IMG/VR virus record: IMGVR_UViG_3300050014_000916
Span: 5,028 to 69,027 of that record
Direction: 5' to 3' (one strand)
Source: a virus
DNA length: 64,000 nucleotides
Shown here: piece after piece, positions 16,734-24,536 of the stretch
Numbering within the stretch: position 1 is the stretch's first letter
Layout: each line of letters begins with the position of its first letter
The notes under the pieces: model-generated
Databases searched by the model: none
What the model was told of the DNA's origin: nothing
Seen by the model: only the letters and a program-made list of their open reading frames with translations
Made by a program: the position numbers and the translations under genes

Positions 16734-17780
16734 TTATCTTCTTCCACCGCCTGAACTCCTACCACCACTTGAACTTCCACTCGATGAACTTCCACTCGAT
16801 GAACTTCCACCTGAACTCCTTGAACCACTTGAAAAGTTTGAACTACCTGAACTTCTTGGTGCGGAATAGCTTGAACCACCACCGTAACTACCTGAACTTC
16901 TACGATCACTGCCACCGTTATTATTACTACGAGATTCACTGTAACTTCTTGTGGGTGCAGTATATGTACGGGTCTGCGTGCGTGATTCACTTCTGATTGG
17001 CTGAGAATAAGTACGTGGTTGAGTACTTACATCTGCTCTTCTGTTATTTGTAGAGGTATTAGCTCTACTATTGTTATATTGTGGTCTGGTATTCATTCGG
17101 GGCTGATTGTATGAAGGTCTATATGTTCTTTGGTTATCAACTACAGGTCTTCTGTTTTGTACTGAAGAAGTCTGCGTTCTATAATGTACGGGATTCATAC
17201 TATTATTACGTCCACTGTTATTCCAGTTGTGTGTATAGTAATTATTGTAATTGTTGTGATTGTAATTATTAAACCTATAATGATTATAATTTCTCCAAGG
17301 ACTCCAATAATTATATCCGTAGAAACCCTGATAAAATGAATTGTAACTCCAGTAAGGATATCCCGAAAATCTCATATCCCAATAAAAATCATATGGGTCA
17401 TACATCCAATTTGAATAGTAGAAAGAATTGCCATACATCCAGTAATTAAATCCACCATGATAAAATCTACCTATATTATATGAATAATAGTACGGGTCGT
17501 AATTATAATAGTAGTTAACCTGAATATCAGGATTCTCACTTACGAGCGTATCAACAATTACGTCAACGTCTGCTCTTTTGTGTTTCTTGATCTTTTTAGC
17601 GTCTTTACTTGGTTGATAGTATAAGTCATCATACTCAGGCTTTGCGGTTGTGATACTGGCTGTAGACTTGTTAATTGAGTCTTCTCTGGCTTGCCAATAC
17701 TTTTCATAATTGGACTTCTTCTGTGCGAACATCACTGAGGATAAGAGCGCAAGGACAAAAATAAAGAATAATTTTTTCAT
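16734..17780 (-). CDS. Secreted Tyr/Asn-rich, Ser/Gly/Arg-tailed protein of Bacteroidota type
   Basis: Signal peptide MKKLFFIFVLALLSSVMFAQ; YDDLYY; C-terminal SSGGGRR. Confidence 0.7.
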   Translation of the reverse strand: MKKLFFIFVLALLSSVMFAQKKSNYEKYWQAREDSINKSTASITTAKPEYDDLYYQPSKDAKKIKKHKRADVDVIVDTLVSENPDIQVNYYYNYDPYYYSYNIGRFYHGGFNYWMYGNSFYYSNWMYDPYDFYWDMRFSGYPYWSYNSFYQGFYGYNYWSPWRNYNHYRFNNYNHNNYNNYYTHNWNNSGRNNSMNPVHYRTQTSSVQNRRPVVDNQRTYRPSYNQPRMNTRPQYNNSRANTSTNNRRADVSTQPRTYSQPIRSESRTQTRTYTAPTRSYSESRSNNNGGSDRRSSGSYGGGSSYSAPRSSGSSNFSSGSRSSGGSSSSGSSSSGSSSGGRSSGGGRR

Positions 17781-17824
17781 ATATACATTTTTATTTAATA
17801 AATACAAGCAATATTCGTACCAAA

Positions 17825-18217
17825 CTATATTCTTTTGTACTTATTATAGGTATCAAAGAGTGATTTAATGTTTGCGCTCCCTGCTGGATTCATTGAATGT
17901 ATGAGAATTTCTGCTGGTAATTCCAAATTATTATCAATACAATAATTGATGAGCCATTTAGCACAATGGTAACCTGTCTTTTCTTCGTATAGAAGATATT
18001 CTATTTCATCAAGATTTTGATGCGTGCCGTAATGTTCATCAGCAAGATCATGATCGAATGATATAATCTCAGGAATACCGTGTTCCTTAATATAGTCTAC
18101 AAAGTCATCGTAATTTCTTACGACAATCCAATCCAGATTACCATATACGTTTATGCCCAGATAATAAGCTGAATCAATCGGGTCTCTAAAATCATCAAGA
18201 TAAAGGTTGTAGCTCAT
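17825..18217 (-). CDS. Cyclic-phosphate-processing receiver-domain-like protein
   Basis: LYLDDFRDP..ISFDHDL..TGYHCAKW..HSMNPAG. Confidence 0.75.
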   Translation of the reverse strand: MSYNLYLDDFRDPIDSAYYLGINVYGNLDWIVVRNYDDFVDYIKEHGIPEIISFDHDLADEHYGTHQNLDEIEYLLYEEKTGYHCAKWLINYCIDNNLELPAEILIHSMNPAGSANIKSLFDTYNKYKRI

Positions 18218-18218
18218 A

Positions 18219-18428
18219 TTAAAAATGATTTTTTTTGGTGTTGTCTTTTACATTTACGGTGAATCTCGGTATGCAACCACCTTCGACTTTTTCCATTATA
18301 ATAAAGGAAACGTCATATTGCCTTTGTGTTGGATTATATTTGGTGGGCGTTATCAGTACTTCAGCATTATCGCCAAGTAAATCTTCTGTACATTTTTTGA
18401 GGTATATCAACAGTTCTTCTGCTTCCAT
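18219..18428 (-). CDS. Hypothetical protein
   Basis: 69 aa ORF. Confidence 0.45.
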   Translation of the reverse strand: MEAEELLIYLKKCTEDLLGDNAEVLITPTKYNPTQRQYDVSFIIMEKVEGGCIPRFTVNVKDNTKKNHF

Positions 18429-18449
18429 ATTGTTTTTATTTAAAATTAG

Positions 18450-18523
18450 TTGTCCCTGTAGGACTCGAACCTACACTCGCCTGAATCAAAATCAGATGTG
18501 TTAACCAATTACACCAAGGGACA
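18450..18523 (-). tRNA. tRNA-Gln(UUG)
   Basis: TGTCCCT/AGGGACA, loop TTTTGAT. Confidence 0.9.
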
Positions 18524-18528
18524 ATAGA

Positions 18529-18741
18529 TCATAAAACTACTCCGTAAATATCCACGCTACAGACCTTTTTATCTGTTAAAAGAACAATTGCACGTTCATT
18601 TACTTTAAAGGTTTTGCATTGATCAAGCAATATAAAGTCACCAACACATGGAATAACATCAGATTCAAATTCAAACAAAAAACTTACATCAGTAGAGTAA
18701 TCCATTTCTGTTATTTTTGAAAAAACTTTAATTTTTGTCAT
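18529..18741 (-). CDS. Hypothetical protein
   Basis: 70 aa ORF. Confidence 0.45.
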   Translation of the reverse strand: MTKIKVFSKITEMDYSTDVSFLFEFESDVIPCVGDFILLDQCKTFKVNERAIVLLTDKKVCSVDIYGVVL

Positions 18742-18755
18742 AATATATTTTTTAA

Positions 18756-19517
18756 TTAAAAGCTATCTTCAAGTTTCATTAAAAGTTTTTGCATATCTGC
18801 TTTATAAAAACCTGCACAATTAATGCAACCACATTCAACAATTTTATAACCATTCTCAGTTAATGCCAAATCCATTACAAAAGCATCATTCAATTGAAAT
18901 ATATCAATCATCTTATAACAAAACTTATAAGCTGCTTTGTCAATGTCGTCACTAAGTATCAATCTGTTTCCAAGCCTATACTGACTTGCTGTGACGATTT
19001 CGCCTTTGACAATCCAGAACCTGATTTCCTGTTGAATCTTTTTAACTGTTGATATTTGAATTTCAGTGTCGATATCCAGTAATGTACTGTGACCGTTAGT
19101 TAGTGAATATGCAACAAAGTCTCGCCATTCCTGCATGTCAAAAACCCTACCTGTAAATACCTTAGTATCTTTAGTTGGGCGTGCAAAGAACAACTCTTTG
19201 CTGAAGAAATCATCACCGAATTTCTGTATACGTGAATCGTAGTTCAATAGATTTTCTTTATAATAATCTCTGTAAACCAAATAGTCATGATTGGCATTCA
19301 TTTGAGAACCGGGTCGCCAGCCTCTTTTCACTGACAGCCTTGCCATTTTCAATGAGCCGAAAGGAAATACATCTTTTCTTTTGGTTTGTACTCTGAATGA
19401 ATTAATAAATGCTTTAACCTTGACAATCTCGTAAGGTAGAAATAGTTTGTCCAATGCCAACACTAAGTTGTCATAATTTGCTTCGTTAAATACATTTTCT
19501 TGAACTACGTAATACAT
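18756..19517 (-). CDS. ATP-grasp protein (R2K-like)
   Basis: FARPTKDTKVFTG..EIRFWIVKGEIVTASQY..FVMDL..IVECGCINCAGFY. Confidence 0.75.
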   Translation of the reverse strand: MYYVVQENVFNEANYDNLVLALDKLFLPYEIVKVKAFINSFRVQTKRKDVFPFGSLKMARLSVKRGWRPGSQMNANHDYLVYRDYYKENLLNYDSRIQKFGDDFFSKELFFARPTKDTKVFTGRVFDMQEWRDFVAYSLTNGHSTLLDIDTEIQISTVKKIQQEIRFWIVKGEIVTASQYRLGNRLILSDDIDKAAYKFCYKMIDIFQLNDAFVMDLALTENGYKIVECGCINCAGFYKADMQKLLMKLEDSF

Positions 19518-19571
19518 TTTGCAAAGATAGTAATAAAAACAATAAGTCAAAGAACTTTTTATTTTTTGTTG

Positions 19572-19643
19572 TTCCCCCCACAGGGGTCGAACCTGTAGTC
19601 ATCGGGGTCAAAGTCCGATATGTTACCATTACACCAGAGGGGA
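19572..19643 (-). tRNA. tRNA-Gln(UUG)
   Basis: TCCCCTC/GGGGGGA, loop CTTTGAC. Confidence 0.88.
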
Positions 19644-19646
19644 ATA

Positions 19647-20165
19647 TTATACCTGTTCGGGTATATTTTTTTTAATATAATACTTAATCCATTTTCGTAT
19701 AGCATTATCTGAAACACCATATATTTTACCAGTACCAGAATATCCATATTCTTTTATGTTTTGCTGTAATTGTTCATATGACGGACGTTGCGATTTACGG
19801 CTATTTAAACTAATACACGTTAAACACGATTTTGCTCTTCTTCCAATTATATTGCCACATTGACAATATTTATGTGTTTTTATTTTTTTATGTTTTACAT
19901 TTTTACCTGAAAAAGTAGATAGTGTTGCGTTACAATTAGGACAAACGATTTGTAGGTTTTCAATTCTATTATCGGTTTTAATACCATTTATGTGGTCGAG
20001 AATTAAACTCATGTATTTACCACGCCAAGTTTCATTTTGTCCACACAATTCACATATTGGTTGTTTTAAATTTTCTTTATATAGTCTTCTTTTTAAACTA
20101 TTTGTGGATTTATATTTTGAGTTTTCAACTAAAATTAATTCTGTGCGTATCTTAAGTGTTGTCAT
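19647..20165 (-). CDS. HNH homing endonuclease
   Basis: LDHINGIKTDNRIENLQIVCPNCNA; C-terminal HTH. Confidence 0.88.
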   Translation of the reverse strand: MTTLKIRTELILVENSKYKSTNSLKRRLYKENLKQPICELCGQNETWRGKYMSLILDHINGIKTDNRIENLQIVCPNCNATLSTFSGKNVKHKKIKTHKYCQCGNIIGRRAKSCLTCISLNSRKSQRPSYEQLQQNIKEYGYSGTGKIYGVSDNAIRKWIKYYIKKNIPEQV

Positions 20166-20180
20166 TTATGTTTTAATATT

Positions 20181-20258
20181 TGGTTGCCCAACTAAGGCTC
20201 GAACTTAGAAATCTTCAGATTCAGAGTCTGACGTGTTAGCCAATTGCGCCATGTGGCA
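20181..20258 (-). tRNA. tRNA-Gln(CUG), encoded CCA
   Basis: TCAGA-CTCTGAA-TCTGA. Confidence 0.85.
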
Positions 20259-20296
20259 ATGTTTTTGCTGTACATTAAGTAATAAACTAAATTTAG

Positions 20297-20370
20297 GGTG
20301 AAAGGTGAGTTTCGATCTCACTACCTCTTGGTTCACAGCCAAGCACTCTCCCGATTGAGCTACAGTCACC
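20297..20370 (-). tRNA. tRNA-His(GUG)
   Basis: G-1/C73, CTTGG-CTGTGAA-CCAAG. Confidence 0.85.
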
Positions 20371-20373
20371 ATG

Positions 20374-20452
20374 TGGTCGAGATGGTGCGATTCGAACGCA
20401 CGAGTTCTTCTGCTCCCAAAGCAGACGGGGTGACCAACTCCCCAACATCTCG
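20374..20452 (-). tRNA. tRNA-Pro(UGG), encoded CCA
   Basis: CGAGATG/CATCTCG, TCTGC-TTTGGGA-GCAGA. Confidence 0.92.
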
Positions 20453-20455
20453 AAA

Positions 20456-21019
20456 TTATTTCTTTTGAAAATTTTTTATGTATTCATCTATTTTTAATTT
20501 AATAAGATATCTGAATTTACTATGCCAATATTGATGATGTGTCGGACACAATGGAATTAAATTTTCTGGACTATTATTTTTCTTATTTCCATCATAATGA
20601 TGAACTTCTATAATATTTTTTTCATCACAACAAACACATTTCTTTTCGTGATAACGAAAACAAATTGTTCTATATTTTACTTCCGCATTCAAATCATTAT
20701 CGTTTTTATAATTTGGATTTGCTTTCCCTGATCTGAAATATGTGTTTGCACATGCATGTGAACATACTGTTTTTTCTCTTGGATGTCCAGATTTCGTTTC
20801 AAATTCATTATCACATATGGGGCAAACCTTTTTTATAATTAAATATTTTCGTCTTTTGGTTTTTCCTCTATTAAAATGTGTTACATTAAGATTGAAATTT
20901 TTTATTAATTCATTTACTTTTCGTAAACCTGAACCATTTATTTGAAAACCTAATTCACGACAAACATCGCTCTTACTATCGCATTTTGTGATAATATTTT
21001 TAATTTTATTAATATTCAT
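20456..21019 (-). CDS. HNH homing endonuclease
   Basis: CVCC..VHHYDGNKKNNSPENLIPLCPTHH. Confidence 0.88.
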   Translation of the reverse strand: MNINKIKNIITKCDSKSDVCRELGFQINGSGLRKVNELIKNFNLNVTHFNRGKTKRRKYLIIKKVCPICDNEFETKSGHPREKTVCSHACANTYFRSGKANPNYKNDNDLNAEVKYRTICFRYHEKKCVCCDEKNIIEVHHYDGNKKNNSPENLIPLCPTHHQYWHSKFRYLIKLKIDEYIKNFQKK

Positions 21020-21163
21020 AAATTTATTTTATTATAAATACTAATAAAAAGTCGAAAAACGATGATTTGAATAAATTTCAATACATCGTTACTCGATAAT
21101 TTTACAATATTTCAAAGAACTATATCCCGTAATTACGTGATAAACGCTTTTATCACGCTTTTT

Positions 21164-21239
21164 GGTGTTAGAGGGGAATCGAACCCCCAAACCCGTGATT
21201 CACAGTCACGTGAAGAATACCAACATCTACAACTAACAC
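21164..21239 (-). tRNA. tRNA-His(GUG)
   Basis: GTGTTAG/CTAACAC-C73, CGTGA-CTGTGAA-TCACG; irregular D-arm. Confidence 0.8.
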
Positions 21240-21241
21240 AG

Positions 21242-21317
21242 TCGAGTAGGCAGGACTCGAACCTGCGAGTTCTCCTGAATCCAGATCAGGCGGGGTAGCC
21301 AACTCCCCAACTACTCG
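21242..21317 (-). tRNA. tRNA-Pro(UGG) with C33 and A37
   Basis: CGAGTAG/CTACTCG, CCTGA-TCTGGAT-TCAGG. Confidence 0.82.
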
Positions 21318-21326
21318 AAAAATATG

Positions 21327-21421
21327 TCAGGGTGGTGGGGTTCGAACCCACGCACGACAACACCTTTGTGCCGTGACTGGTTTCCAAGACCAGCAGCTTC
21401 AACCAACTCGCTCACACCCTG
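21327..21421 (-). tRNA. tRNA-Pro(UGG) with very long variable arm (95 nt)
   Basis: CAGGGTG/CACCCTG, CTGGT-CTTGGAA-ACCAG, variable stem CACGGCA..TGTCGTG. Confidence 0.85.
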
Positions 21422-21443
21422 AATACATCAAAGAACTAAAATG

Positions 21444-21472
21444 AAAAAACCCCATTCGATATGAATGGGGTT
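21444..21472 (-). terminator. Attenuator terminator 3
   Basis: AACCCCATTC-ATATC-GAATGGGGTT + TTTT. Confidence 0.85.
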
Positions 21473-21507
21473 CTTCTGTTTAACCTAAAACTTTTTCAAT
21501 GAAAAAA

Positions 21508-21576
21508 TTAAGCATAGAATCCCCATTCCAGTGTTTGTGGATGCTGTTGGGGGTTTATGTTCATTAAATTTTTCAT
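21508..21576 (-). CDS. Pro/Gln/His leader peptide MKNLMNINPQQHPQTLEWGFYA
   Basis: Manual translation; contains GAATGGGG (21521-21528), complementary to terminator 5' arm. Confidence 0.82.
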   Translation of the reverse strand: MKNLMNINPQQHPQTLEWGFYA

Positions 21577-21610
21577 CGTCTTACAAATAACATTTATTAA
21601 AAACTCTTCG

Positions 21611-21641
21611 CAAAGATATACATTAAAATCATAAATACAAA
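21611..21641 (-). promoter_or_regulatory. Bacteroidota sigma70-type promoter for leader 3
   Basis: TATCTTTG at 21611-21618, TTTG 19 nt upstream. Confidence 0.65.
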
Positions 21642-21667
21642 CTTTTTTCAAAAAAAATTAAATTATT

Positions 21668-22300
21668 TTATTTATATCCTAATTGCCTCAATATATTTTC
21701 AACATCAATTCTGATTTGAGATATGCTGATTTGAGATGTCTGTGGATTATAACCCAAGTAAGAGAACCAGCTTTTAAATGCAGGTGCAAACTTCTCAGGA
21801 GTATTTACCAGTTTTAATATAGGTGCAATTGTCTTATAGGTAGTATCAGCATATTGTGGTTGTTGTGTTACGTTTTGCTGTTGCTGTTGTTGCTGCTGTG
21901 TATTTGCTGGTGCTGCTGCATTAGCTGCTCCCGCAGGTGCTACTGGTGCTGCAATTTCAGTTATGCCTGATTGCTGCTGATCAAGTCGTGTTAATCTATT
22001 GTTTATATAATCATTTTTAATTCCAGCATTATCCAAGAATTCTTTTTTTGCTGCTGTCATATCGCTTGAGCCAAAACCCTCACCTTCGCTCCAATCAGAA
22101 AAACTATCGACAGTTTCTTCTGCTGCTTGATCAAATAACTGCCTGTTACCATTATATTCTTCTTGCGATATAAGTCCTGTGCGTATTGCACTCATGATTA
22201 AATGTTCTGTACTGAATGGTGCGTCTTCATTTAATTTGTTCTTAAAGTCTGGGTTAACTTTTCCCATTACTTCAAATAATCTTTGCTTTTTGTCTGACAT
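21668..22300 (-). CDS. Probable internal head protein (QRLFEVM leader, Q/A-rich linker)
   Basis: MSDKKQRLFEVMGKVNPDFKNKLNE. Confidence 0.65.
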   Translation of the reverse strand: MSDKKQRLFEVMGKVNPDFKNKLNEDAPFSTEHLIMSAIRTGLISQEEYNGNRQLFDQAAEETVDSFSDWSEGEGFGSSDMTAAKKEFLDNAGIKNDYINNRLTRLDQQQSGITEIAAPVAPAGAANAAAPANTQQQQQQQQNVTQQPQYADTTYKTIAPILKLVNTPEKFAPAFKSWFSYLGYNPQTSQISISQIRIDVENILRQLGYK

Positions 22301-22473
22301 GTTGATCAATTTTCTATAAATACTATTATCTGAGGCAAAAAAAATCAATATAATTATATATAAAAGAACGTCTTTGAATTTATTATTAAATTATCTTTGT
22401 TTTCAATCAAAATAATTATACTTTTGTTCAACTTTTTAGAAAAATCTTTATATTTATACGAAATCAATTAACA

Positions 22474-23676
22474 ATGAACGAACAAAATTTACAAATGACT
22501 CAAACTGAGACAGAATCATCAGATGATTACCCTGCGAAAAGCGCAGACGAACCTTTATTAACCACTAACGACCTTTTGAATTTTATTGAAGAAAATTATT
22601 GCGGAACATCCATTGAAGAATGGAATGATTGGAGATGGCAGATAAGAAATAGTATAACGAATACCGAAAGATTACTTAATGTCTTAGGAAAGAAGAAGAA
22701 CGGTACTATTATTAATATGCCAGAAAATCATTTGCCATTCAGAATAACACCATATTATGTATACCTATTGGATATGCTACCAAGTGATCATCCTCTTTAT
22801 AAGACCATTATACCAACAGTTAACGAATTAAATCAGATTGAAGGAGAACAAGAAGACCCACTGGATGAACAGAAGTTCTCACCAGTGCCAAATATTGTTC
22901 ACAGATATCCTGACAGGGCATTGTTTTTGGTTACAAACTTCTGTAGTACATATTGTAGATATTGTACGAGAAGCCATATGGTTTCAAAAGAAGATCACAT
23001 TACAGCAACCAAAGCGGAATGGGAAAGAGGTTTTCAATACATTGAAAGCCATCCAGAAATCCGTGACGTTATTGTTTCAGGTGGCGATCCTCTGACATTA
23101 AGCAATGATCAGATTGAATATATCCTAAAAAGATTGCGTAGCATTGAGCATGTGGAGATAATTCGTATTGGTACTAAAGTGCCAGTAGTTCTGCCCATGC
23201 GTATAACTTCAAAGTTGATGAATATCTTAAAGAAATATCATCCTTTATATATGAGCATACATTTTACACATCCTGATGAACTTTCGACTGAAACTCAAAA
23301 GGCTTGTAATATGCTGGCTGATGCTGGTATACCTTTGGGTTCACAGAGTGTACTATTAAAGGGTATTAATGATAATGTGGAATGTTTCAGAAAACTTAAT
23401 AAAGGTTTACTCAAAATCAGAGTACGTCCATATTATATTTATCAATGTGACCCCATCCCGGGTTCGTTGCACTTTCGTACTGATATCCAGACAGGACTTG
23501 ATATTATCAAAGGACTTAGGGGATTTACCAGTGGTTATGCAGTGCCACATTATGTGATCGATGCACCTAAAGGTGGTGGTAAAATTCCTCTTTTACCCAA
23601 CTATGTAAAAGAAATTAAAGAGAATGAAATAATTTTGACTAATTATCTCGACAAAGAATACTCATATCCATTATAA
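22474..23676 (+). CDS. kamA: KamA-family radical SAM aminomutase (lysine 2,3-aminomutase-like)
   Basis: WNDWRWQ, HRYPDR, CSTYCRYCTR, SGGDPL, DAPKGGGKIP (PLP lysine). Confidence 0.88.
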   Translation: MNEQNLQMTQTETESSDDYPAKSADEPLLTTNDLLNFIEENYCGTSIEEWNDWRWQIRNSITNTERLLNVLGKKKNGTIINMPENHLPFRITPYYVYLLDMLPSDHPLYKTIIPTVNELNQIEGEQEDPLDEQKFSPVPNIVHRYPDRALFLVTNFCSTYCRYCTRSHMVSKEDHITATKAEWERGFQYIESHPEIRDVIVSGGDPLTLSNDQIEYILKRLRSIEHVEIIRIGTKVPVVLPMRITSKLMNILKKYHPLYMSIHFTHPDELSTETQKACNMLADAGIPLGSQSVLLKGINDNVECFRKLNKGLLKIRVRPYYIYQCDPIPGSLHFRTDIQTGLDIIKGLRGFTSGYAVPHYVIDAPKGGGKIPLLPNYVKEIKENEIILTNYLDKEYSYPL

Positions 23677-23904
23677 AAGAAATGCACCGTTTTTTATGCG
23701 GTGCAAATCTTATTAAATTTTAGCAAGTCTTTGAAATTTTACATAACCACTGTTTGACGATAAAATTTTAAAGGCATTCCTGTTTCTCCAGACTTAACTT
23801 AATTCACGAATTAAGCGATGACTTTTCAATATATAAATACTTTAAACTGTACATTTGTTTAGTGTTTATATGAACTATTCAGTATTTATGTGAAAATAAC
23901 ACTC

Positions 23905-24525
23905 ATGGTTGATAAGAATTTAATAAAAATAATAAACGAGCAGTTAAATGAGTTTGATTTTTTGGGTAATGGGCAATACCTTAAAGAGCAGGAAGTCATT
24001 GATTTATTAGGAAATGAAGAATTTCAAAAACAGTTTATTTGTGATTCACTTTTAGAAAGAAATAACAAAATAAAAATTGATGTTACAGACGCAAGGCTTG
24101 GTGGAGATTGGCAGAATGAACCCGAAGATGTTTCGAAATTAACACTCGAATATTTCATGAAGGTTGAGTACAAATACGATCAAACAAAAGAACCAGTAAA
24201 ATTTGATTTGAGCTTTTATAGCGATTATATTACTGTTAGTACAGACGATAATTACGATGCTGGAAGATCAGGTGGTACAACAGATAGTGACGTTGCTCCT
24301 TCAGGTAGTGCGTGGTTTAATCGTTTTAATTGGGGCGATATTAATGTTGAATTGAATACTACAGAAGGCGATGAAATTGAATTCCTTGCATATATGCACG
24401 CACCGCCAAAGATACAGGTATTATTCATTAGAAATTATCTTGAAGAATATATTAAGAAATATACTAATATGGGTATTGATACACCTGAAATGAATGATAC
24501 ACCACAAAGTGTGCCATATTGTTAA
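23905..24525 (+). CDS. Hypothetical protein (IINEQLNE leader)
   Basis: ORF with GTATTTAT motif upstream. Confidence 0.6.
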   Translation: MVDKNLIKIINEQLNEFDFLGNGQYLKEQEVIDLLGNEEFQKQFICDSLLERNNKIKIDVTDARLGGDWQNEPEDVSKLTLEYFMKVEYKYDQTKEPVKFDLSFYSDYITVSTDDNYDAGRSGGTTDSDVAPSGSAWFNRFNWGDINVELNTTEGDEIEFLAYMHAPPKIQVLFIRNYLEEYIKKYTNMGIDTPEMNDTPQSVPYC

Positions 24526-24536
24526 TAACCACGAAT

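Noticed and set aside
16760-16870. CRISPR-like repeat (GAACTTCCAC units)
   Set aside because: These are codon repeats of the Ser/Gly-rich protein tail with no spacers; no CRISPR array found in the window.
686-20208. Track ORFs such as 686-898, 8811-9173, 11643-11849, 14501-14776, 15595-15867, 18235-18504, 19559-19747
   Set aside because: They overlap tRNA/tmRNA genes or are antisense shadows of better-supported genes.
865-21641. T-box riboswitches as the explanation for the leaders
   Set aside because: No T-box consensus or stem I, and leaders are short; the antiterminators lie inside codon-biased ORFs instead.
443-23676. Pyrrolysine system (Pyl-like tRNA plus lysine mutase)
   Set aside because: The anticodon is GUA, not CUA; the mutase has PLP-dependent KamA motifs, not PylB; no PylS/C/D in the window.
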